This document shows, piece after piece, positions 18,518 to 28,313 of a stretch of 64,000 bases of DNA. Position 1 is the first letter of the stretch. Each line of letters opens with the position of its first letter. This DNA is from a bacterium (GTDB lineage: Bacteria; Patescibacteriota; CG2-30-54-11; JBAXVQ01): contig JBAXVQ010000001.1 of the NCBI GenBank assembly GCA_037128935.1, forward strand, positions 60,124-124,123, given 5' to 3'. The notes under the pieces were generated by a model. It saw nothing but the letters and a program-made list of their open reading frames with translations, was not told the DNA's origin and searched no databases. Position numbers and translations under genes: made by a program.

Positions 18518-18843
18518 TGCTTTGCCCTCGCTGCGATTATTTCCCATGAACCTACAAGTAAGCGGGGAATGATTGAGTACACGGTGTAGTTGTCTGAACC
18601 CTCTACAAGCCTGTATTTGTCGGCTTTTTGATCGTCAATGAGTGGTGTTGTTTCTTTGTCTATAAAGAATGTAAAAATCTGGTTCTGTTGTTGGTCAAAT
18701 TCACCTACTCTTGTTTCCTTGTGGGCGTTTATTGCTGAATACTTAAGTGAATCTGTATTACTGTCTGATTTCTTTACGGTTGAACCAGTGACGGCTGTTT
18801 GCATGTAAATAGAAACGGTCGTATTGGGTAGGAGTGCTGGCAT
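18514..18843 (-). CDS. Head-closure-like protein
   Basis: Position and size in head-tail joining block. Confidence 0.65.
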   Translation of the reverse strand: MPALLPNTTVSIYMQTAVTGSTVKKSDSNTDSLKYSAINAHKETRVGEFDQQQNQIFTFFIDKETTPLIDDQKADKYRLVEGSDNYTVYSIIPRLLVGSWEIIAARAKQ

Positions 18844-18845
18844 GT

Positions 18846-19568
18846 TTATGCCCTCCTTGCTGGAGTTATCACGTAACTCTTTGAACGGTCAACGAATCCG
18901 GGCAATTTCTTAATAAGGTCAACGGCTTGTTGATAGTGTCCAGCTCCATCCTCTTGCCCACCTTTGTAGGTGATACTGATACCACCCTCACTAACTGATT
19001 TCACATCGCTAGAAAAGCCCTTGCTTTCTAGTTTTGCGAAGTGCAGGGAAAGAAGCACAACGGCTTTATGTGCTACAGGGTTAATTGTTGTAGCGTCCCA
19101 AAGTCCGTTATAGTACACGGTAAAACTGCCAGCACTAGGGGCGGTGTAAAACTCTATTGTTTGTATTGCCTCATACACAATCCAAAAACTAGCAGGGATA
19201 ACTCCGTAAAGGTTATAGGGATACTGCCACACGGTCGGATCAATAAAAGGGCAGTCCATCAACGTTGTTGAGTATCTCTCTATTGATCGTTCGTGTTCGT
19301 ATACATCTACACCGTTCAAAACCACACCCGATGGATGTAGTGGGCTCGAAAAATAGGTGTCTGCATCAAGTGAAAGAAAACCAGTAGGTAGGGTATACGA
19401 TGTTTTTACGCCGTCCGTTGTAGTTGTGCTAGAAAGCAACCTAGGGTATAACAAGCTAAACTCTCGTAAAGCATCATTAACTAGTGAGGTTGCTTCATCC
19501 GTTGTATAGGTGAAGTTTGCCCTCGCTAGTGCTGATGCTATCTTTTGAGTTAATGTTTGTTCTGCCAT
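18846..19568 (-). CDS. Head-tail adaptor-like protein
   Basis: VKSVSEGGISITY connector motif; position. Confidence 0.7.
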   Translation of the reverse strand: MAEQTLTQKIASALARANFTYTTDEATSLVNDALREFSLLYPRLLSSTTTTDGVKTSYTLPTGFLSLDADTYFSSPLHPSGVVLNGVDVYEHERSIERYSTTLMDCPFIDPTVWQYPYNLYGVIPASFWIVYEAIQTIEFYTAPSAGSFTVYYNGLWDATTINPVAHKAVVLLSLHFAKLESKGFSSDVKSVSEGGISITYKGGQEDGAGHYQQAVDLIKKLPGFVDRSKSYVITPARRA

Positions 19569-19604
19569 AGTAAGGGGAGGGCGGGGATTAACCCGCCCAG
19601 TTTC

Positions 19605-19796
19605 CTATTTTTCTGACTTTTCAGGTGTTGGCTTTTCTTTTTTTTCGGCAACTTCAACGACAACGGAATCTATTAATCGTTTAGGCATTACACCTTCTTC
19701 TGCTTCATAAAACCCTGATTTACCTTCAACAGGAATAACTCCATCTTCATTTAAAACTGTATTTGCATAAATCGTTTTATATGTTTTTTTTGCCAT
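19605..19796 (-). CDS. Small hypothetical protein after capsid gene
   Basis: AAGGA RBS, packed ORF. Confidence 0.7.
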   Translation of the reverse strand: MAKKTYKTIYANTVLNEDGVIPVEGKSGFYEAEEGVMPKRLIDSVVVEVAEKKEKPTPEKSEK

Positions 19797-19818
19797 ATCT
19801 ATCCTTTCTTTTATAGAG

Positions 19819-19843
19819 AAAGGGGAGTTAGTAACTCCCCTTT
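19819..19843 (-). terminator. Hairpin after major capsid gene
   Basis: aaaggggagtta-g-taactccccttt. Confidence 0.65.
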
Positions 19844-19855
19844 ATTTTTACAGCA

Positions 19856-21094
19856 CTACCCTTTAGGGCAGCCGTCACGAATAACAAGCTGTTCTGGGTT
19901 CATGAATTCATAAGTGAGGGCACCACGTAGGCTTATTGCGTCGTTGTCACCTGTCGAAGGTTGTGGGATTGTCTGTAGTTGCTGACCTTGTAACCACACT
20001 TTTTGAATGTTCTGTGTGTTTGCCAAAACAATTTCAGTTTTTGGGAATCCCCAAAGTGCCAAAACCCTAGCTTTTAGGATATTTCCACCAATCGAAAAAC
20101 TCGCTTGATAGATTTCAGCAGGTGCATTTCCAGCTGTTTTTGCCCAATCGATGTATTCCGCAGGTAGCACTATTTTTGAACTATTAGAGATGAGCGGTGC
20201 TATGTTCTTTGACTGTGCAACGTCACATACAAGAGTTACATTGTTAAGGTCTCCACCTGCGCTTGCGTATGCCTCAAACATTGAATCAATGTCGGCAGCT
20301 GCTAGGGTTGTGTTGGTGTTTCCTGTAACGCCTGTTTTAGTTGTTCCATATGTTCTTGCAAAGTGACGAAGTCCACCAACTGTGCCACTTGTATCTTTTG
20401 TGGTTGCAGCTGTTGGGGCAGCGGTTGGGAGCCCAAAGATAAGACTGTTATCAACCTTTGTCGTCATTTCAAACATTTTAGCTCTAAGCTGAAGAGGTAT
20501 GCTATTACTCTTGTCGTAGGAGTTAATAGCCTGTGCAAGTTTTCCGATTGTAACGTACTCTTTGAACAATTGAACATAATTATAAAGTGCTGTTCCTTGG
20601 TTGTAACTAGATTCTGTTTGCAATTGGTCTCGTCCTGCTCGTCCTAATGACCTAACAATTGCGTTTGCTGGTATTGCAACGTCAGTTGTAGAGTTCCATG
20701 GTCGTGTAACAGTTAAGGTTGTGTTTGTGGATACAGCGATAGCTGTTATCTTAGCGTACACCGACAAAATAGCACCAGTAGTGGAATTCTCAAATACGAG
20801 AATGTCGTCAACGGCTAGGCCTCCAGTTGCCCCAGTTAATACAATAGTGTCGCTAGCGATTGCACTTTGTGCGTTTACTGTCCACGTTTTTGGTGCGAGA
20901 TAGTAACTAATCCACTCATGCTTTAATGCTGTTGCATATCTAAGCGATGATGGAGAAAGTGAATCAGTTGCATTTCCAACAAATGCGGAAAGAAACGGTG
21001 TACCGTGCAAAACTTCTGTGTAGAGTTCTACAACGTCACGTACTGTATTTAAAATGTCACCTTGATCCAGTTGATTTGCTGTTGCGTTAGACAT
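19856..21094 (-). CDS. Major capsid protein (SU10/DUF5309-like)
   Basis: TPFLS, KHEW, YNYVQLF, GGLRHF, LTYEFMNP motifs; follows scaffold gene. Confidence 0.85.
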   Translation of the reverse strand: MSNATANQLDQGDILNTVRDVVELYTEVLHGTPFLSAFVGNATDSLSPSSLRYATALKHEWISYYLAPKTWTVNAQSAIASDTIVLTGATGGLAVDDILVFENSTTGAILSVYAKITAIAVSTNTTLTVTRPWNSTTDVAIPANAIVRSLGRAGRDQLQTESSYNQGTALYNYVQLFKEYVTIGKLAQAINSYDKSNSIPLQLRAKMFEMTTKVDNSLIFGLPTAAPTAATTKDTSGTVGGLRHFARTYGTTKTGVTGNTNTTLAAADIDSMFEAYASAGGDLNNVTLVCDVAQSKNIAPLISNSSKIVLPAEYIDWAKTAGNAPAEIYQASFSIGGNILKARVLALWGFPKTEIVLANTQNIQKVWLQGQQLQTIPQPSTGDNDAISLRGALTYEFMNPEQLVIRDGCPKG

Positions 21095-21097
21095 TGA

Positions 21098-21733
21098 TTA
21101 TCTTCCTTGTATAACACCTATTACAGGTGAGTTATTAAACATTCCTGCAAAGTCTTTTTTTTGCTTTGCATCTTGAAAGGCGTTAACCTCAACTGATTGA
21201 CGGTTAGCAACCCTTGGAATGCCTACGGTTTGCTGTTTTGTTGAGTTTTCAACCCACTGATTTTTTATGTTAGTGAGTATCTTTTTCAGTGCCTTAAAAT
21301 TGTCGGTAGCCTCTTCTGTTGTACTTCCCTTAATAAAAGGTCTTAACTCTTTTATTTCGGGGAGTTCTGTTTCGGCTGCTACCAATTCGGCTACTGTGTT
21401 CTTGATTTCGAGTGATAGGTTTTCCTGTTTCACTCTTTCCGCTTCATCACGGAGAGACTTTAACTCTTTTTCGGCTTTCTGAGTTTCAGTAAGATCTTTG
21501 GTTTCTTGCTCTTCTTTCCATTTTTTGAATTCGGAAAGTTGCTTTTGCTGTTCTTTTGTGACCCTACCTTGCTCTGATAGCTTTCTTTCGAGTTCGAGTT
21601 CACGTTCTGATTTGGTATCTGTACCCTTTGCACCCTGATCTGTAGCAGCTGGCACATTTTCCGGTGACTTCTCAGCGGTATTCTGTGGAGCTTCTACTTT
21701 CTCAGCTGTGGAAGTGGTTGTTTCAGTTGACAT
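21098..21733 (-). CDS. Capsid scaffolding protein
   Basis: Charged coiled coil with LTETQKAE, IKGSTTEE; upstream of capsid gene. Confidence 0.8.
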   Translation of the reverse strand: MSTETTTSTAEKVEAPQNTAEKSPENVPAATDQGAKGTDTKSERELELERKLSEQGRVTKEQQKQLSEFKKWKEEQETKDLTETQKAEKELKSLRDEAERVKQENLSLEIKNTVAELVAAETELPEIKELRPFIKGSTTEEATDNFKALKKILTNIKNQWVENSTKQQTVGIPRVANRQSVEVNAFQDAKQKKDFAGMFNNSPVIGVIQGR

Positions 21734-21756
21734 GTATATTTCCTGTTACTAACGAC

Positions 21757-21999
21757 AAAAAAAAGACTCTTTCACTAGGTCGTAAAACCTTGTAAAAGAG
21801 TCTTTGCTTTCGGTGTCCAAAAAGATAACTGCCAAGTAAATCTTTTCAGTAGTAACACGGTCTACAGCAACCATGCACCTACTACAAAGACACTTTTACA
21901 AGATTTCACCTTGCAACTTGGCAGTTAATGTCTAAACATTCAATTGTTAAAGGTCGCTTAAATCAGGTAAACGCTACAGTTATTTTGTGTTTTTTGCAA
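21757..21999 (-). promoter_or_regulatory. Structured leader: promoter-like site, boxA-like motif, nested hairpin, antiterminator and intrinsic terminator
   Basis: TTGCAA-17-TAGCGT; CTTTAACAA; inverted repeats 21826-37/21916-27 and 21789-806/21885-902; hairpin plus U8 at 21757-21805. Confidence 0.7.
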
Positions 22000-22007
22000 G
22001 TGCTTTT

Positions 22008-22472
22008 TTATTTCGCAAGTATGCCCAAAATCTTAATACCCGCATCCTCTAATGTCTTACTCGCTTGCCGTTCAACATCCGCTATTGCAGGTGCGAAAAA
22101 GGGACGTGCTTTTGTGCCGTTCTTTGCTATTTTTTTCTGTATTGCGTAGGCTGCATTTTCTTTCATACCGTGCTGTTTTGCCCATATCTTTAGCGGTTCA
22201 ATCGGTGCCCAGTGAGGACGGCTACCGTCTTCAATAGGTGCTGCATATGCTGTTGATGGGTAGACTTTACCCGTTATATTGCTACTTGTCGTTATTGTTC
22301 GTTGTATACCCTGTTTTAATTGTCCGGTGTTGTGTGGTGCGTATTCTTTGATTCGGTTCTGTGCTTCAATCGTGATAACGGTAACAATAGTAGAAAGAGA
22401 CTGCTTAATGGGTTGCTCTTTCCCTTTCAGGGTTGCTCTATATGCTGTTACTGTATCAGGCATCGCCGTCAA
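22008..22472 (-). CDS. HK97 gp10-like tail-completion protein
   Basis: APHNTGQLKQGI, YAAPIEDGSRPH, GTKARPFFAPA. Confidence 0.85.
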   Translation of the reverse strand: MTAMPDTVTAYRATLKGKEQPIKQSLSTIVTVITIEAQNRIKEYAPHNTGQLKQGIQRTITTSSNITGKVYPSTAYAAPIEDGSRPHWAPIEPLKIWAKQHGMKENAAYAIQKKIAKNGTKARPFFAPAIADVERQASKTLEDAGIKILGILAK

Positions 22473-22851
22473 TCCTTAAGACACTTACAACAGTACTTGC
22501 TGCAAAGTGTCCAATATACTTTAAATCTTTCCCAAAATCTCCAAACTCTTCTATTTTGTGGAGAAATCCGTAGTAGGTGTAGCCATTCTCACCACTGAAT
22601 ATATATACTTTTCTATCCTCTATATCTAACCGTTTGTTTTCTAGTAGGTATGCAGGTATTAGGGTAAATCTTATATTTCTTGCATCAACTTCTTTTCCAT
22701 AAGCAGCTTGGAAAATACCCTCTAAGTCATCGGGGCTTTCCTTGTGATCGTTATCAATTGTTCGTGCAAGTGTTTGGGTGGGTTCGTAGTACTCACCAAA
22801 GTAAATATAGAGGTCGGTAGTTTTCTCGTATTTTCTTTCACTCTTTACCAT
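22456..22851 (-). CDS. Hypothetical protein
   Basis: Overlaps both neighbours. Confidence 0.65.
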   Translation of the reverse strand: MVKSERKYEKTTDLYIYFGEYYEPTQTLARTIDNDHKESPDDLEGIFQAAYGKEVDARNIRFTLIPAYLLENKRLDIEDRKVYIFSGENGYTYYGFLHKIEEFGDFGKDLKYIGHFAASTVVSVLRIDGDA

Positions 22852-23744
22852 TTTTTAACCTCGTAATTAAAGACACGTTCAATTGTCCAACACCTACAGT
22901 TTACCTCATCCCTTAACTCGTCCGCATCCCATTGGCTAATTATGTTACCACCAAGCAACGCCATAAGTCCACTGTCTAACTCCATTGTAGCATCAACTAT
23001 AAATTTACCGTTAGCGGCTCTGTGCTCTGGGCGTGTTCTCCCATCGTTTGATGATTGATATATAGGGACAACTGCAAGCCCTGTAATCTTTCTAGCCTCT
23101 AGCATTTGCTCGGTATTGGCACTGTTGGCTATGTTCTTTGTTTCATTCCTAGCAAGTCTTAGGGCGTTGTTTCTTGCCTTTCCTCCATCGGGTTCTACTA
23201 GGTACTTTTTCAGGTCTTTACTTACATCGTAGGCACTCTCACCACGTACCGCACCAGTTGCGATTCTAGTATAGAGGTCTTTTTTTGTTTCCTGTTGAAG
23301 ATCCCATATGCGGGTACTTAGATTTTTACCGTCTTGATAAATTACTTTTGTGAATGCTGATTTAACAATTGAAGGTGAAAGGTTATCAAGTGAACGCCCC
23401 GCCACTTCTAACATCTTTTTATCGGTAACGTGAACTTTTAGGAACTTCTCCCACTTCGTCTTGGTAATTGCACATACTTCCTCAAAATCACTCTGTAGCA
23501 TCGTTTTCATGCCAGAAGCCCATTCACTTGTAATACTCTCCAACTCGGTTTGTATCGCTCGTAATTGTGCTGTTCTTAACACGCCATCACTACCTGCAAC
23601 CTTAAGAATCTCTGAATCAACGTAGGATGACACATCTTTCATCATCATATCGATTTCTTTTTCTTGATCTAGGTACTTTTGCAGTGTCTGTATGCGGGCG
23701 TTTTTCTGATATTCCGTTCCCCGTGTCGGCTTAGAGGTAAGCAT
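22845..23744 (-). CDS. Minor head protein (MuF/SPP1 gp7-like)
   Basis: LSTRIW, ALRLARNET, DGRTRPEH, NCRC. Confidence 0.88.
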   Translation of the reverse strand: MLTSKPTRGTEYQKNARIQTLQKYLDQEKEIDMMMKDVSSYVDSEILKVAGSDGVLRTAQLRAIQTELESITSEWASGMKTMLQSDFEEVCAITKTKWEKFLKVHVTDKKMLEVAGRSLDNLSPSIVKSAFTKVIYQDGKNLSTRIWDLQQETKKDLYTRIATGAVRGESAYDVSKDLKKYLVEPDGGKARNNALRLARNETKNIANSANTEQMLEARKITGLAVVPIYQSSNDGRTRPEHRAANGKFIVDATMELDSGLMALLGGNIISQWDADELRDEVNCRCWTIERVFNYEVKKW

Positions 23745-23745
23745 G

Positions 23746-25287
23746 TTACTCTACCTCATAACCTGCTGGTGTTTGTGGTGTTGCTTGTTGATTTGTGAGG
23801 ATGTCTAGTTCGCTTTGTATTTCGGTTGTATCAGTTGCAATGGTTGCTGTAGTCCCTGTTTTTAGTGCATCGTATTCTTTTTGTTTTCCTATTTCCTCTT
23901 CCCAATCGTAGCCGTTCTCTTTTAGTAGTGTTGGGATTGAGACACCTATAGTTGACTTGGAAATTGCAGCATCTATCTTTTCCTTTTCGTCATCCTCCAT
24001 TATCGGAGGGAAACCTATTTCTATTTCATAAGCTAAAGCGTTTTCTTTGAAGAGTAGAAAGGTCACTTTCCTAACAATGCTTTTTAGTGCTTTTGTAAGT
24101 GCTTTCCTGCGTTTGTTTACCTTCTTTATTAATCGTGACAGCCTGATCTTTTTAGCTTTACCAGATTCGTTTCCGCCGTCACTACCAAACAGTAGGCTTG
24201 TTGGAATACCGGATGTTGTGCACATTCTTTCGATGTTGTCGGCTAGGTTCTGTAGTGCGGTTTGTGGCACGCCGTCCGCTTGAATTTGTCGCAGCTTCAT
24301 GGGTATTACCGAGCGGGGCTTTAGGGGTATTTTGTTGCTGTTCTGTTCAAGTATCGCAGCGTATGCCTCGTGGTTTTTTTCATCATTATCATCAAAACAA
24401 AACATTGCAAAGGCGTTCACGTGTTCGATTATGTCGTTACTGCTTAGTGACTTATTCACGGCATCCTGTAGTGAAATAATGTTTTCAATATCGCTAAGGT
24501 TCGAGCGTCCTGCCTCTACTTCCCAAAAGGGAATAAATCCAAACTGGTTGACGTTTCCAAAGTTTCCAGCGGTTTCCACTGGTTTGCCGTCAATGAGGAT
24601 GTAGCACTCGGTTTCAGTCCATATCTCGGCATAGGTGGAGTACTTTGATTTTGTGGTTGTGTTGAGTTGTGAATCAAACTTTGACTTTAGTTTTTTGCTA
24701 TCAAAGTTGAACGCAATCATAACACCAGTTAGTTTATTCCCTAAGTCGTAAAAAGGGTGTACCGCTGCAAAGTCTTCAACCTCTAGCCTGTAGTCACTAG
24801 AAAACGTTGTAATCTCGTCCGCTGTTCGTTGTCGCAGTCTGATGTATGACTTTGTGTGCTTGCATAAATCCTCAAAAACATCTTGTGCTAGGTTGTCTAT
24901 ATCGGTTTCTTCAAAAAAGTCATCAAGTACATCACTTTTTGCCTCATCCAGTCCCTCGCAACTCACTGTAATCTCTTCATTGATGTGGCTCATACCCATG
25001 CAATGCTCGGATGTGATGTCTACGACTTCTTTAATGAAGTTCGCAACTATATCTAGTCTAACCTCGCCCCGTTCTGGTTTGTACAAAAACGTACCTGATC
25101 TAGTCTTTACGCCTTCACCTAGTATATTTTTACGGTCATAATGCACACCGTCATAATAGTCTTCTCTCATGTTTGCTAGTTGCACGTGACGGCTAGTGAT
25201 GTACTGGGAAATAATAGCGTTTGCTTTTGAGTAATCAGCTTTTTGTAAAAATTCGATGATGTTATCCACTACAGCGTACACCTCCAA
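23746..25287 (-). CDS. Portal protein (SPP1-like)
   Basis: DYYDGVH, NQFGFIP, SDIENIISLQDAVN, GNESGKA; follows terminase. Confidence 0.9.
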   Translation of the reverse strand: MEVYAVVDNIIEFLQKADYSKANAIISQYITSRHVQLANMREDYYDGVHYDRKNILGEGVKTRSGTFLYKPERGEVRLDIVANFIKEVVDITSEHCMGMSHINEEITVSCEGLDEAKSDVLDDFFEETDIDNLAQDVFEDLCKHTKSYIRLRQRTADEITTFSSDYRLEVEDFAAVHPFYDLGNKLTGVMIAFNFDSKKLKSKFDSQLNTTTKSKYSTYAEIWTETECYILIDGKPVETAGNFGNVNQFGFIPFWEVEAGRSNLSDIENIISLQDAVNKSLSSNDIIEHVNAFAMFCFDDNDEKNHEAYAAILEQNSNKIPLKPRSVIPMKLRQIQADGVPQTALQNLADNIERMCTTSGIPTSLLFGSDGGNESGKAKKIRLSRLIKKVNKRRKALTKALKSIVRKVTFLLFKENALAYEIEIGFPPIMEDDEKEKIDAAISKSTIGVSIPTLLKENGYDWEEEIGKQKEYDALKTGTTATIATDTTEIQSELDILTNQQATPQTPAGYEVE

Positions 25288-25341
25288 CTAGGGGTTTATT
25301 TTTTTGGCTGTAGTAAATTTTTACTATTTGCCGTTATTCTA

Positions 25342-26619
25342 TCATGAAGTGGATGCGATTTGGTAGTCAAACCTTCTCCCGTATATCTTGCTAACCGCAT
25401 ACCGCACCCCATCCATGTGGTGATTGAAGGCGTCAACCGGCTCGTTTGTCGGGTTCTTGTCCCTATCCAAAGCCCACGTATACCCCTGTATTTCGGTCTC
25501 AATGTTTGAGCTGTTCGAGGTGTAGTGTACTTGCTTACTCTTCACTAGCTGAATACCAGAACGCACGCTGTCCGCACCCTTCACACTAGGGATGATGTTG
25601 TAACCCGCCCGCCGTATCTCTTCAATGCTCTTTGGTTCGGCACAATCAGCAACAATAGTGGAGTGGTTAGGTACTTCAAGCCGTCTTAACTCATCTACAA
25701 TCATGGAGTTTGTAAGTCCAGTACGGTAAATCAGTTCATGCAAGTACACGGTGTCATTGTGGGTTTTCACCTCACCGAATGCGGTCGGGTCGTTGGAGAA
25801 TCCAAAGTCAAGCCAATAGGTTGGATGGTAGGGCAGGGCTTTGTATTCCTCGTATGGAATCGGCTTCCAGTCCTTGTAAATCCTGCCCTTCAAACCTTCG
25901 CTAACGTAGCCCTTGATCATCGTGTAATAGTGGTCGGGTAGCGTCTCCCTGTAGCGTTCGTAGTTACTGGCCGTTATCGGGGCAATGTTTATAGCGTTGC
26001 TGTGGTAATCGTTGTAGATGAATGTGACGTCTTGGCTTTTGAGCTTTGGGATATAGTAACCCTCCACACCTGAATCAATCAGGTTAAACCATCGTTTGAT
26101 GATCCAGTGGTTTTTGCTGGGTGGGTTGAGCAGTAGGATGATTTTGATGTCGCCACGTACTGACCTGATGGAGTCATCTAACTGGTTGAAATCGTCCTCC
26201 CCTATCTCGTCCGCTTCTTCAATGATGATGGTGTTGTAGTTGGCCAGTGACTTGAGCTTTGCTGTTCTGTCACTACTACTTTTGCGAAACGCCTTCGCCG
26301 TTATCTCGTTTTTGCCGTATCGAAAGCTCATCATGCCGTCATTGCAGTAAATAGCCTCGGTTAATGATTGTTCATCTATCCGGTCTTTGATCTCTTTGTA
26401 AATTGAATCACGTATGTCGTTGAGCACGTTTCGCATAATTGCACATCTGAAATAGTGATGTGAGGCTATGCTACCAACTGCCAACTGGGAGGCAAAGGTG
26501 GAACGCCCAGCACCACGCCCGCCCATTAGCACGTAGTAGCGGGTACTTTGCTCAACTACTGGCATATACACATCATTTACATAAAAATCAATCGCCTTTG
26601 ATGGTAAACCTCTTAACAT
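25342..26619 (-). CDS. terL: Terminase large subunit (PBSX-like)
   Basis: GGRGAGRS Walker A, IIIEEADE Walker B, LDFGFSNDP, ADCAEP, NHHMDGVRY. Confidence 0.95.
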   Translation of the reverse strand: MLRGLPSKAIDFYVNDVYMPVVEQSTRYYVLMGGRGAGRSTFASQLAVGSIASHHYFRCAIMRNVLNDIRDSIYKEIKDRIDEQSLTEAIYCNDGMMSFRYGKNEITAKAFRKSSSDRTAKLKSLANYNTIIIEEADEIGEDDFNQLDDSIRSVRGDIKIILLLNPPSKNHWIIKRWFNLIDSGVEGYYIPKLKSQDVTFIYNDYHSNAINIAPITASNYERYRETLPDHYYTMIKGYVSEGLKGRIYKDWKPIPYEEYKALPYHPTYWLDFGFSNDPTAFGEVKTHNDTVYLHELIYRTGLTNSMIVDELRRLEVPNHSTIVADCAEPKSIEEIRRAGYNIIPSVKGADSVRSGIQLVKSKQVHYTSNSSNIETEIQGYTWALDRDKNPTNEPVDAFNHHMDGVRYAVSKIYGRRFDYQIASTS

Positions 26620-27013
26620 TGAAATTTACCTCTTTCACTAGTAGCGGGTTGTCTTCTTGTCCACCTAGGTTGATGTTTGAGCTTTCGATGTATCCACGGT
26701 CTTTACACTTTGTTTTTAGGTAGAAAATGATTAGTGATGGGTTTCCTTCTTGTATTCCCCTGAATAGCTGACTTTCAACAAAGTCTTTTGCGATGTCCTG
26801 AATCTTCGCAACACCCGCTTTGTACTCCTCATCCTCATTCATCCAGCGATAGTGGGTGTTTGGAATTATCCCTGCTTTTTGAGCTGCACTAGTAGCAACG
26901 CCTAGCGTCTTTTCTAGTGCTTGCAGCATTTCTTGTTTTGCCTTCTTTTTCCGTTCCTCTACTTTTTTAGTGTCTCTTTTATCTTTTTTGATCATATTAC
27001 CCCTGCCTTTCAA
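26588..27013 (-). CDS. Terminase small subunit-like HTH protein
   Basis: ALEKTLGVATSAAQKAGI..THYRW, IIFYLKTK.KDRGY; overlaps terL. Confidence 0.8.
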   Translation of the reverse strand: MKGRGNMIKKDKRDTKKVEERKKKAKQEMLQALEKTLGVATSAAQKAGIIPNTHYRWMNEDEEYKAGVAKIQDIAKDFVESQLFRGIQEGNPSLIIFYLKTKCKDRGYIESSNINLGGQEDNPLLVKEVNFNVKRFTIKGD

Positions 27014-27674
27014 AACTTACTATCTTATCGAAATATTCCTTGTAAAAATTAAATATCTCTTTATTGATTGTGATGCAACCATTTTCTGTTCTTGGGTTCG
27101 TGTTAATGTTTGCACTTGTTTCTATCCCGAAATGGAATTTTTCGCCGTACCTTGCAAAGATTTTGCTGTGATTCTTGAAAACACAAATACGACCACAATC
27201 AAACTTTTCAAAAACTTCCTTTAACTTTCTGTATTCTTGTGTGTAACTTCCCGGGAAGATTTCCCCAACGTAAGCATCTAGTTTCTTGATTCTCCCTTCT
27301 TCTAACCATTCCTCAAATTGTAGAATATCATCACCGCTCATACACCAAGTTGAGAACAGGCAATAGTCTAGGTTTTGTTGTCTCAACACAACTTTTAAGT
27401 ACGATAAAGCATCAACGTCACCGCCCGTTATGCAGTGATACGACTCTCCGTCTTTGAAGTCAAAACCAACTGCATCTAGTAATTGCGTTTCTGAATATGC
27501 TCTTCGATATAAGTGTCTATCACTCCTAACTATGCACTCTGTTTTTCTTCTTCTTGTGCCCTTTTTTTCAGGCTCGATAGTTTCGCTTTCCTGTTCTTGT
27601 TTTTTATCAAAATCAAAAAAAGAAAACTCTAAATCATTATTGGTTAATTGTTCTTGTGTGAACACAATCCACAC
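26997..27674 (-). CDS. PLD-like (HxK...SAN) domain protein
   Basis: NHSKIF...IETSANINTNPRTEN. Confidence 0.7.
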   Translation of the reverse strand: MWIVFTQEQLTNNDLEFSFFDFDKKQEQESETIEPEKKGTRRRKTECIVRSDRHLYRRAYSETQLLDAVGFDFKDGESYHCITGGDVDALSYLKVVLRQQNLDYCLFSTWCMSGDDILQFEEWLEEGRIKKLDAYVGEIFPGSYTQEYRKLKEVFEKFDCGRICVFKNHSKIFARYGEKFHFGIETSANINTNPRTENGCITINKEIFNFYKEYFDKIVSFERQG

Positions 27675-27687
27675 CCCCTAAAATTAC

Positions 27688-28050
27688 TCAAACGCTAGTT
27701 TTTTTTTGGCTGTTTGTCAAGAGATACATACACCATTTGTTAACTGCTAAATGTATTTCGTCAGTATTGGAAGTGAAAAGACAAACAACTTCATACTTTC
27801 CTATTTCGCATCCAATAAACCTTCTTCTCAACCTTTCACGATGATCAAACGGCTTTCCCTTCAAGTTATCACCTATGGGGTTGAATTGAGTATCAGCAGG
27901 GCAAGCTATCTGACTTGCCCTAGCTGATGCTGACATTAACTGCCGTCTTCTCTGTTGCTGTTTCCACGAGTCGCCGCCAAACTTCTTTTTCAGTTGCTTA
28001 GAAAGCTCCCACATACCCTTTATTTGTTTTGGGTTTTTGATGGGCTTCAT
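27688..28050 (-). CDS. Hypothetical protein
   Basis: Co-oriented ORF. Confidence 0.55.
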   Translation of the reverse strand: MKPIKNPKQIKGMWELSKQLKKKFGGDSWKQQQRRRQLMSASARASQIACPADTQFNPIGDNLKGKPFDHRERLRRRFIGCEIGKYEVVCLFTSNTDEIHLAVNKWCMYLLTNSQKKTSV

Positions 28051-28313
28051 TTGAAGTCCCCAATGATTATTTTTTCTAGTTGTTCGATTCTTTTTGTTTG
28101 TAGATGTTGATGGATTGTTAAGACAATAATGTGTGCATACCCTAGCAATATAAACAGAAAGAGAGTTTGGTAGTCGGTCATCTCAAAGACCTCCCCATTT
28201 AAGTTTTTTTAATTCTCGCCTTGTTTTAGCTATTACCAGAACACAAAGGCAGGAGGTAGTAACAAAGACAACCAAGCAAAAACAGATCCCAAGAACAATT
28301 TCAAGGTAATCCC

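Noticed and set aside
22456-23744. MuF polymorphic toxin-immunity pair
   Set aside because: MuF ends shortly after NCRC with no C-terminal toxin extension
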